This document shows positions 56,499-64,000 of a stretch of DNA of 64,000 nucleotides, piece by piece; position 1 is the stretch's first letter, and each line of letters begins with the position of its first letter. The DNA is from an uncultured virus (IMG/VR IMGVR_UViG_3300025697_000015) (taxonomy: Duplodnaviria; Heunggongvirae; Uroviricota; Caudoviricetes): the IMG/VR virus record IMGVR_UViG_3300025697_000015; one strand, 5' to 3'. Position numbers and translations under genes: made by a program. Under the pieces are notes generated by a model. The model saw only the letters and a list, made by a program, of their open reading frames with translations, ran no database searches and was not told the DNA's origin.

Positions 56499-59371
56499 AT
56501 CTTTTCAAGTTGGGCTAAGGCCTCAAAGGTTATGGGGTTAATAATCACTTTCCCGTAGGATTTTTCCAAATCCAAAACTGTTCCATCCATTGCCAGAACT
56601 TGTAATATTCGAGTTCCTTTATTCTTGCAGGCAATGATAATGTTAGAAAGCCTAAACAATGTCTCTAATGTAAGGGGGCTATGTAATTGATATTCAAAAA
56701 CAGACCCTGAAGGCACTGTAGTTTTAGCTGGTTGGGCAATAACGGGTTCTGTTACAGGTCCTGCTACAGGTTTAACATCCGATTCAACTACTGGGTTTTC
56801 CTGAATAGGGTCAGGAGCAACAGTTACTCGTTGTTGAACTGCCGAATCAGGTGTTGGGACTGGCTGCGGTGAATTTGTTGGGGCTGGCATAGCCTCATTC
56901 ACCGCTTTGAAAAAAGGACGGAGTGTATCCGGCCACGTCTCCATTGTCTCCCAATCAGATCCGTCAGGAGCATCCTCGAGTTTGTAATATTTCTTATCCC
57001 CAATGAACCGAACTTCTTTGTACTTCAAGACATTCAGATCCCACGGAACCGTCCAATCATGACCAATTTCAACATCTGTCGTCAACGGTATCGGCCAATT
57101 TTGGGACATAATCATCGGGTTACTACACATAATCGGGTTGATGACGTTGACAGCTTCTTCCAGAATCTCCAAGTCTATCTCGAACACGAGTTCATCGTGC
57201 ATCGTAATAATCATCTGAACTTTGTCCAGCCAATCACGTTTCTTACATTCGTTAAAGACTAAACCCATAGCAATCTTGGTTACATCTGCCGAAGTCCCTT
57301 GAATCGGGCCATTCACAGCATTTCTCTCAGCTTTGGAACGAAAGAAACCGTCTGCATGATTGATATCAGGCAGAGGATACCGACGCTTGAAAGCCGTCAC
57401 AACGAAACCATGCTGTTTGCCAAAGGCATGTTGTGCATCCCACCAGTTTTTCAGAGTCCTGTATGTCCCCTCAAACTGCCGTTTCATTCTGTTACCTTCG
57501 TTACGGTCAACACCCGTGGCACGTTGAGCAGCCATACCACCACCACCGTAACAGAGAGCAAAGTTCAAAGATTTTGCTTTACCACGATATTCTTTCCAGT
57601 CAGGATCAGCTTGGACTTCTTTACCAAAAACACTGATACCTGTCAGAGTATGTAAATCACCGATTTTATCAGAGCCACAATTCGGGCAACGAGCCGGAGG
57701 TGGTTCAGGGGTAGTTTGACCATCACCACGGTCGAAAGTCCTGTCACACCCCGAACAATGAAAGAACTCAGTCAGCCACAGAGGTTCTCGTGACAAATTG
57801 GTAATAAGCCGAAGTTCAACACCAGCATAATCGATGGCTACGATAACACTGTTCGGACGACGAGCTGTAATGCACTCTCGAAGCCGTCTCATACACTCAG
57901 GTCGTTTAGAACCACCAGCACGAGGCAATGCTTGTAAATTAACTTTAGGTGTCCCTACCATCGGTTCTTTAGGTGCAGGAGTACAGTATCTCCCAGTATC
58001 AACCTTATTGCCATTGAAACTGACACGCATCGTATCATCCAAAGGGTCTAAATGGCTGAACATTGGATAGAGATAGGTAGACAGAGCCTTATCAATTTCT
58101 CTGAATCGTTTGATTTTCCCCATAAATGGGAACTGCTTCCCAGCAGTTTCAACAATTCGGTCAAGTTCATCTTTAGATGTTTTAATCTGACCGGATTTTT
58201 CAGTTCTCTTTAATCCTTGGACACCCATATCCTCAAACATAACACCCAACTGTTGAGCTGCCTTCAAATCATAGATTGGTGGCCACTTTTTACCAGCAGC
58301 GTCTGTGACCTTACCTACCGGATTAGGATGGTTAAATTCAGCATCTACTGCTGCCGTTTTCAGCTGTTCTTTAATGGTTAAACTAGGGTCGTCAGCAATG
58401 AATTTCTCCTTGAGGGATTTATAAACTCCAGGCATTATATCCCGTCCCAGTATCTCTGAGGCTGCCGTGTAAACGTCTATGATAGAAGCAAACCATTCCT
58501 TATGGCCAACCATAATCAACTCACCAAGTTTCTTCTTATCAAGGTGGATTCGATTCCGTTCCATCCAACGGGTAGCAGCTATAGCTTTTTTCTCAATCTG
58601 GTACACAACTTTTTGGTCGAACCCGTGAGCTGGTTCCAGAACATCAGGGGCAAATATATCGTAAAGAAGTCTGGTACAGATACCGTCACCACCCCCATAC
58701 CACAAAGTCGAAGGTTCTTCTGGGTCAAGTCTGGAGAAATCCAGCCTGACTTTGAGTTTTTTCCCTTTAGCATTTGTCTTCTCTGGGAAAATCTCTTTCA
58801 GCTCCAACATCTCTATGTCAAGCAGCTCTTTAGATAGAGCTTTCAAACCTTTTTGACGACGGCGGGAGTCCGAGAGGTAAGCCAGAATGAGGGTGTCATC
58901 CCACATATAAGTCTTATCCCATTTCCCAAAGGGTTCACCTTCTCCGTGATATTGAAGGAACTCATGATCGAATTTACCATTGTGGAAAATAGCTACTGTT
59001 TGTTTCTCCTCCGTGGCTGTTATCAATCGCCTGAAGGCTTTTGAGAAAGCATCCCAAGGGACATTGCTCTCTCGACGAACTAAGCTACCATCTATCTTTT
59101 CTTCGATATGGTTCAGAGGAATGTAATAGCCTGTTACACCGTCAGGTGACAGACAAATCCCGACCAATCGGTCAACTGTTCGAAGGACACCTCCATAGTC
59201 TAGTACTCGGTTATCTAGCCCCGTGGTTTCCACGTCCAGAGCATACCGAGGACTATCTATGCAGTGATCCATAATAGTTTCAATATTATCAACTGTGCCA
59301 AGGACAAACTTTTTCGTTTTCATCCACGGCTTCATTTGTATCGTATCTTCCATATCCCAAGGATCTGACAT
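56495..59371 (-). CDS. polA: family A DNA polymerase with 3'-5' exonuclease
   Basis: ExoI DVETTG, ExoII HNGKFD; TGR; motif A DYAGVELR; motif B RGKAKSLNFALCYG; NGPIQGTSAD; motif C MHDELVFE. Confidence 0.96.
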   Translation of the reverse strand: MSDPWDMEDTIQMKPWMKTKKFVLGTVDNIETIMDHCIDSPRYALDVETTGLDNRVLDYGGVLRTVDRLVGICLSPDGVTGYYIPLNHIEEKIDGSLVRRESNVPWDAFSKAFRRLITATEEKQTVAIFHNGKFDHEFLQYHGEGEPFGKWDKTYMWDDTLILAYLSDSRRRQKGLKALSKELLDIEMLELKEIFPEKTNAKGKKLKVRLDFSRLDPEEPSTLWYGGGDGICTRLLYDIFAPDVLEPAHGFDQKVVYQIEKKAIAATRWMERNRIHLDKKKLGELIMVGHKEWFASIIDVYTAASEILGRDIMPGVYKSLKEKFIADDPSLTIKEQLKTAAVDAEFNHPNPVGKVTDAAGKKWPPIYDLKAAQQLGVMFEDMGVQGLKRTEKSGQIKTSKDELDRIVETAGKQFPFMGKIKRFREIDKALSTYLYPMFSHLDPLDDTMRVSFNGNKVDTGRYCTPAPKEPMVGTPKVNLQALPRAGGSKRPECMRRLRECITARRPNSVIVAIDYAGVELRLITNLSREPLWLTEFFHCSGCDRTFDRGDGQTTPEPPPARCPNCGSDKIGDLHTLTGISVFGKEVQADPDWKEYRGKAKSLNFALCYGGGGMAAQRATGVDRNEGNRMKRQFEGTYRTLKNWWDAQHAFGKQHGFVVTAFKRRYPLPDINHADGFFRSKAERNAVNGPIQGTSADVTKIAMGLVFNECKKRDWLDKVQMIITMHDELVFEIDLEILEEAVNVINPIMCSNPMIMSQNWPIPLTTDVEIGHDWTVPWDLNVLKYKEVRFIGDKKYYKLEDAPDGSDWETMETWPDTLRPFFKAVNEAMPAPTNSPQPVPTPDSAVQQRVTVAPDPIQENPVVESDVKPVAGPVTEPVIAQPAKTTVPSGSVFEYQLHSPLTLETLFRLSNIIIACKNKGTRILQVLAMDGTVLDLEKSYGKVIINPITFEALAQLEKI

Positions 59372-59392
59372 AAATTACCTCCTGCTTATATG

Positions 59393-59839
59393 TTACCCTA
59401 AACTAAATTCTTCACCTTCAACAAGAACCACATGCCTGCCTTCAGCCCACGCTAATACAACAATCGTAACTGCCTCTTGACAGTCCTGATCAACATTCGG
59501 AGCTATATAACAGTCCGGTATTTTTGGACAAGGGAAACAAACTTTGTGGTCATACGTACCACATTCTTTTGCTGCCTGACACTCCCTGAATTTCTTAGGT
59601 ATTTGTTTTAAAAGCCCGTGCGGAGCTGGCCCTATTTCGTTCATTAGAGGATTCACATAACCGTGCAGAGCATTAGAGAGATGCTCCCCGGAAACAATAG
59701 GAATCAATTTACCCCAAGGAGTGTCTTTTAGGCAGGCTAAATCTCCCCAGATATCACCATCTAAAAGGATGGGGCGTAAGATGAGGACATGACCCCATTC
59801 CTCACTATCAAGACTGAACCGAACTAGGTGTTCCAGCAT
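59393..59839 (-). CDS. hypothetical Cys-rich protein
   Basis: Packed ORF. Confidence 0.65.
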   Translation of the reverse strand: MLEHLVRFSLDSEEWGHVLILRPILLDGDIWGDLACLKDTPWGKLIPIVSGEHLSNALHGYVNPLMNEIGPAPHGLLKQIPKKFRECQAAKECGTYDHKVCFPCPKIPDCYIAPNVDQDCQEAVTIVVLAWAEGRHVVLVEGEEFSLG

Positions 59840-60443
59840 CCGAGGCCTCTTTTATTGCTTTGTGTAATCGTTCCAACATGTTTTGCATGACGGCCCGACC
59901 TTTGATTTCTGATAAAATTTCTTTTTCTACTAAATAAGCAACCTGATCTGCACCTTCCCAGAAAGCAGCTACTACCCTCATAGGGAGGGATCTGTCTTGA
60001 GTTTCCCCAGTTATCACGGATAAGAAAACTCGAAGATCATCAGCAAACGTCCGTTCCGGATATTTGAGAAGGGCTAGAATTTCTTCCTCTGGTTTCGGAG
60101 CTGTTTCGTAATCCCCTTCTTCCCATGAGATATGTGGTAAATCATATTGAGTTTCTAGTATCTTGAGAGCCTCACCGAAGTTCACACCTTCTTTGGCTTT
60201 AACTAAATCAACAGCATCTCTACTTACACCACAGGCAAAGCAGTAAAAGGAACTGGTCTCAGGATACATACGAGCTGACGGTTTGTTGTCGTGACCATCT
60301 CCGTGTAGGTCACACGGGAACTGTTCTTCTCGGTCTTCTCCATCGGTTCTTACAGGGTAACCGTAATCAAATAGAATCTGAGCAATAGGAACCATGTCCT
60401 TGATCTGAGCTATTCGTCTTTTTGTGCGTTCATCTGCCATCAC
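59808..60443 (-). CDS. CHC2 zinc-finger protein (primase Zn-binding domain without TOPRIM)
   Basis: CDLH...D.KPS...FYCFACG..DA..LV...EG..F.EA. Confidence 0.85.
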   Translation of the reverse strand: MMADERTKRRIAQIKDMVPIAQILFDYGYPVRTDGEDREEQFPCDLHGDGHDNKPSARMYPETSSFYCFACGVSRDAVDLVKAKEGVNFGEALKILETQYDLPHISWEEGDYETAPKPEEEILALLKYPERTFADDLRVFLSVITGETQDRSLPMRVVAAFWEGADQVAYLVEKEILSEIKGRAVMQNMLERLHKAIKEASDAGTPSSVQS

Positions 60444-61054
60444 TTCTTTACCCGAAATTGCTTAAAAAACCGAGAAACATAGCCCTCATTGCCGACACTT
60501 TGCTTATAACGACCTTGGGGTGTTCCATAGACTCTACCTTTTTCTCCCGGGTCAAACCACTTTTTCATTGTACCTGTTTTAGTTATACCGACTGTCTCAT
60601 TCAGATAACGGACAGGGCATCCATCCACACACTCCCATGTTTCCATGGTCTCCAAACCATTATCGTCAGTATAACTAATTTTTTGATAACCTGGAGGTTT
60701 CTGACTGAATTGTATAGCTCCGTCTGACTGAACATTAACAGGGTTCGGACGATAACCTTCTTTAGGTTTCATTTTCTGAGAGCCTGTACTCTGACACCCG
60801 GGCTTATGTTCCAGAATGACGTTGGTAGGGAATCGACCAGCATCATGAGGTTGAGACTTCCACTCCCGCATCTCAGGGGAGCTGTTGAACATCCGATCAT
60901 CTCGAACAGTAGCATTGCTGGTTCCCCAAACACCTGGACCTAATGGCCCTCTTACACGACTTGCATCAAGATTAAGCCCACCAGTACCCCATTGGACTAT
61001 ATTGTCCACCACAGCCCCTTTTAAGGGCTTTCTGGCTACTGTTATAACTATCAT
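60440..61054 (-). CDS. DNA-methyltransferase-associated domain protein (no catalytic motifs)
   Basis: VARKP...WGTGGLN...GRFPTNV...C...CP..SRFF. Confidence 0.7.
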   Translation of the reverse strand: MIVITVARKPLKGAVVDNIVQWGTGGLNLDASRVRGPLGPGVWGTSNATVRDDRMFNSSPEMREWKSQPHDAGRFPTNVILEHKPGCQSTGSQKMKPKEGYRPNPVNVQSDGAIQFSQKPPGYQKISYTDDNGLETMETWECVDGCPVRYLNETVGITKTGTMKKWFDPGEKGRVYGTPQGRYKQSVGNEGYVSRFFKQFRVKK

Positions 61055-61497
61055 TCTTTAACCTGCTTGAAGAAACGAGAAGCTCCTCCTGAATCCGCAT
61101 AAACAGGACTCGTTACGGCATTTGTTCGCCCGAGTGTAACTGCACCGTGGTTTTTTTTCCAAAGATATTGTTTTCCTGCTTTCCCACCACTTGTTAAAAT
61201 ACCACTTTGTACGTCAAGTTGCCGTACAGGACAGTTATCAACACATTCAGGATTATGTTCAAAAATGACGTTAGCAGGGAATCGGCCAGAGGGTTGTGGT
61301 TTCACCTGAAATTTACTTTTCTTTTCTTTACCCACAGATGTAAAGCAATCCTCATTTGTATAATGTCTGATATCATATTCACCGGGGTTACTTGCAATAC
61401 GACATTCACCAATGTTGAGTCCACCCGTACCCCATTGTTGGATGTTATCTACTACAGTCCCTGTGATAGGTTTTCTTGCTACAGTGATAACAATCAT
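61051..61497 (-). CDS. paralog of 60440-61054
   Basis: Identical MIVITVARKP start; GRFPANV; DSGGASRFFKQ. Confidence 0.7.
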   Translation of the reverse strand: MIVITVARKPITGTVVDNIQQWGTGGLNIGECRIASNPGEYDIRHYTNEDCFTSVGKEKKSKFQVKPQPSGRFPANVIFEHNPECVDNCPVRQLDVQSGILTSGGKAGKQYLWKKNHGAVTLGRTNAVTSPVYADSGGASRFFKQVKE

Positions 61498-61751
61498 GAT
61501 GTGATTATTTCATCCAATACTTTTTGTGATTGTACGATCTTATTCTTGTAATACTTAATAATCTCCTGTTCAGCTACAGTAAGGGCTGATTTTGTTTTTT
61601 TTACCTTTAACTGCATGGAAACCTCAGAGTACTTTGTACCAAGCCACCAATTATCCCCCCGACTGATCCTGTACAGTTCCCAGGATTCAGTATCAAGGCT
61701 TACCTTGTATTCATTATCACTTATCTTTTTCCAGTTAATCATTGGCCACAC
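61494..61751 (-). CDS. hypothetical protein
   Basis: Packed ORF. Confidence 0.55.
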   Translation of the reverse strand: MWPMINWKKISDNEYKVSLDTESWELYRISRGDNWWLGTKYSEVSMQLKVKKTKSALTVAEQEIIKYYKNKIVQSQKVLDEIITS

Positions 61752-62017
61752 TTAGTGTAGATTTCCTCACAGGTATCTATAGCTTTCAAGCACTGAGGAT
61801 TTAAAGAATGCCCTTTTTCCTGAGTCTCTATACAGAAAACCGTACAGGTTGTTCCGTCTGGGAGATCTTCTCCTTCGGGACAACTAAGCATTTTCAATCT
61901 GTCACAAGCATTCTGACACGATGAAGTACCGGGCGGTTCGATGGGTATCGGCGGCATAGTCTTGCAAGATACTCCTGACAACATAACGACCATTATCAAA
62001 ATAAATAGTTTTCTCAT
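61739..62017 (-). CDS. Cys-rich putative lipoprotein
   Basis: MRKLFILIMVVMLSGVSC signal, Pro linker, 8 further Cys. Confidence 0.7.
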   Translation of the reverse strand: MRKLFILIMVVMLSGVSCKTMPPIPIEPPGTSSCQNACDRLKMLSCPEGEDLPDGTTCTVFCIETQEKGHSLNPQCLKAIDTCEEIYTKCGQ

Positions 62018-62790
62018 TTCACTTCCTCCCAAGGAGCTGTAAGTACCCAGATGTCGGCGGTCTCACCCCATTTGATGTAATCTTCATCCATTAAGTAGAA
62101 ACCGTCATCACCCCAATGGCTACCCCAGCTATTCTCACCAATGAACTTACCGTTTTCATACCCGACCAAGCAGGTTGCATGACGGCCTGTGATAGCATCA
62201 GGCTTGGATAATACTTCTCCAAGCTTGTATTGATTCCAGTTTTTACCAACGGCTGTCCCGAATACGACCGGGTTTCCGTTGTTCAAAGCTTGAATGATAC
62301 TCTCTACTCGGTTGTCCCCAGAGGATTTGATTCGATAAAAAGCAGCTATCTTGTGCTGATAAGCTTTCCTCATAGCCATCCACGATGGAGTCTGGTTGAC
62401 TCTCAGGGTGTTGAAAGGCCAATCTTTCTCAGGGCAGACTCCCCAACGTCTGAGGACATCACAAGCTAATGAGATATAAGTGCCAGCATCTAAACCCGTT
62501 GTCTGAGGGAGCTGGAGTTCTCTGGCCAGATAATAGACGGCCAGAATGGATAAATCCACATGGGCATCACGACCATATTCTTTGATCCGTTTTAATTCCA
62601 GAGCCTTGACCACAGCATGAGCAACACAAGAACTTGTCCAGCGTTGGTTCTGCACAGGACTAGAGAACTCACGGAGATTTACATCTTCCGTACCATCTTC
62701 TAATCGGCCTTTTAAGGCAGCCTCAAAACTCCATTGTCCGTCTTTCATAGGTTCTGGCATATAACCGTCAAGTTTGATTCCGTCAGTCAT
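62014..62790 (-). CDS. papain-like (C1A) cysteine peptidase
   Basis: Q..TSSCVAH, GRHA, ENSWGSHWGDDGF. Confidence 0.9.
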   Translation of the reverse strand: MTDGIKLDGYMPEPMKDGQWSFEAALKGRLEDGTEDVNLREFSSPVQNQRWTSSCVAHAVVKALELKRIKEYGRDAHVDLSILAVYYLARELQLPQTTGLDAGTYISLACDVLRRWGVCPEKDWPFNTLRVNQTPSWMAMRKAYQHKIAAFYRIKSSGDNRVESIIQALNNGNPVVFGTAVGKNWNQYKLGEVLSKPDAITGRHATCLVGYENGKFIGENSWGSHWGDDGFYLMDEDYIKWGETADIWVLTAPWEEVK

Positions 62791-63068
62791 TAATCGTTCT
62801 CCTTTCTCATGTCTAGTGTCTTCGTCCATCTGACTCGTTCCCCATTCTCATGTTCAGTGTCTTCGTCCAGAATCCCAATCTCAATCATCTGGTTAAGGAT
62901 TGGGTAAACCAGCTCACTTAGAGGATTATTAGTTTCTATAAGATGTCGGAATTTTTGATACCTCTCAGGGGTGTCGTCCGTAGCCAAACCCATCACCACC
63001 ATAATGTAAAAAGCAGCACTCTCCAGAGACTGCCAATCTTCTAAATATTGTTTCAAAGTTTTTTTCAT
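62790..63068 (-). CDS. hypothetical protein
   Basis: Coupled ORF (ATG 63068). Confidence 0.6.
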   Translation of the reverse strand: MKKTLKQYLEDWQSLESAAFYIMVVMGLATDDTPERYQKFRHLIETNNPLSELVYPILNQMIEIGILDEDTEHENGERVRWTKTLDMRKEND

Positions 63069-64000
63069 AGCTCCATACCTTTCATTATATGTGTAATAAC
63101 ATCTATAGTCCAACCGTTTCCAAGCATCCGGCATCTTTGTGATCTTGAAGCTGGGGACGTATATCCTCGTGGGACGGTTTGTAAAGCTTCACATTCTTCC
63201 GGGGTTAATAGCCGATACTGAGTTTTATCTTCATTGAAAACCCCAATCCCTCTAGTCTTCCCCCCAGCTTCGGCTCTCAAACATTTAGCTTTCCCTTCCG
63301 GGCTGGAAGGAGTGTCTGCTTTATATGGGAATTCCTCTGTCTTTCTCCATAATGCTTTGTCAATGATCTTATTGTCTAAGAGAGAAGTGGTAAGGCAATT
63401 TGCTTTCCCATCAGTCCTAGGGAGTTGGACTTTAGCTTGGAACGGAGTATAATCAGTACCGTGTGTAGCTTGATGTTCTTTCCGTATCCTTTTCCCTTCT
63501 TCACTTCGAGCAGGTCTCAAGACCACTGGTTCTTTTAACTGGTTATCTTCCAAAATATCTTGAAGAAGGATTCCTTTGTCTTCGGGCTGATCAATAAAAC
63601 TCCCAATAACGTAATCACCTTCACCTGGAATATTTGTCCAGTATAAACGGGAACGATTCTGAGCTGATACAAGGTTGGAATTGATTCGAGCACAGCTTAC
63701 ACCTAACAGCTCAGTGATAGCATACTCATACTCTCGTTTCATCTTGACGTTCTCTAACAAGAAGTATTTAGGTTTGCATTCTCGGAGCAATCGAACGAAC
63801 TCAAAGAACAACATACTCCGAGGGTCTTTGAAATTCAACTGCTTCCCAGCAAAACTGAACCCCTGACAATTATGTACTATATGGTTATTAGCCACATAGG
63901 AGTTATCTTTACCCACCTCAAGGTTATAAACGGTATCTACTACCCCTATATTTTTTATTTTCTTCACTGGATTCCATACTACATCCTCAATGACCCAAGC
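63065..64000 (-). CDS. DNA cytosine-5 methyltransferase, intein-containing (5' part outside the window)
   Basis: CQGFSFAG, LLENV, AQNRSR, ECEALQT, LGNGWT; frame open to the window edge. Confidence 0.9.
   Translation of the reverse strand, partial: AWVIEDVVWNPVKKIKNIGVVDTVYNLEVGKDNSYVANNHIVHNCQGFSFAGKQLNFKDPRSMLFFEFVRLLRECKPKYFLLENVKMKREYEYAITELLGVSCARINSNLVSAQNRSRLYWTNIPGEGDYVIGSFIDQPEDKGILLQDILEDNQLKEPVVLRPARSEEGKRIRKEHQATHGTDYTPFQAKVQLPRTDGKANCLTTSLLDNKIIDKALWRKTEEFPYKADTPSSPEGKAKCLRAEAGGKTRGIGVFNEDKTQYRLLTPEECEALQTVPRGYTSPASRSQRCRMLGNGWTIDVITHIMKGMEL
63869..64000 (-). mobile_element. C-terminal end of an intein
   Basis: Blocks F/G VYNLEV..DNSYVAN..IVHN followed by Cys. Confidence 0.9.

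Noticed and set aside
59808..60443. Complete DnaG primase
   Set aside because: Only the CHC2 Zn finger is present; there are no TOPRIM motifs in this or adjacent ORFs.
2357..63866. Many ORF-track entries antisense to or nested in identified genes (e.g. 2801-3484, 10624-11202, 27974-28429, 55033-55443)
   Set aside because: Shadow ORFs with no recognisable motifs, lying opposite well-supported genes.
1..64000. Genome-wide TAG reassignment (code 15)
   Set aside because: Long known genes are intact under code 11 and several end properly at TAG, some backed by a second stop. Recoding outside this window cannot be excluded.

Overview
This window looks like part of a large (jumbo-type) bacteriophage genome. 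Genes are densely packed with AGGAG-type Shine-Dalgarno (SD) sites, and most ORFs are hypothetical. Recognisable genes include a family-A DNA polymerase, a stand-alone primase Zn finger, ThyX, Tdk and Tmk, three DNA methyltransferases (two with inteins), RNA-repair enzymes, an ADP-ribosylglycohydrolase, tandem HNH nucleases and an 11-gene soluble glycan-biosynthesis operon. The standard genetic code is used and TAG is a real stop. The standout is a compact minus-strand module at 25559-26278. An amber-suppressor tRNA (anticodon CUA) lies directly upstream of a 17-codon leader ORF, MRHLPNI-TAG-VSARAPPS-TAA. The RAPP ribosome-arrest codons after the amber overlap an 11-nt perfect anti-SD that sequesters the ribosome-binding site of an uncharacterised 147-aa gene. 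This reads as an amber-readthrough-gated translational ON switch; the parts are seen directly and the mechanism is inferred. Three recurring phage promoter-like motifs, a shared [RK]hAxR[YWF] peptide signal and a C-terminal clamp-binding-like motif were also noticed. All product calls come from motif recognition by eye; no database searches were run.
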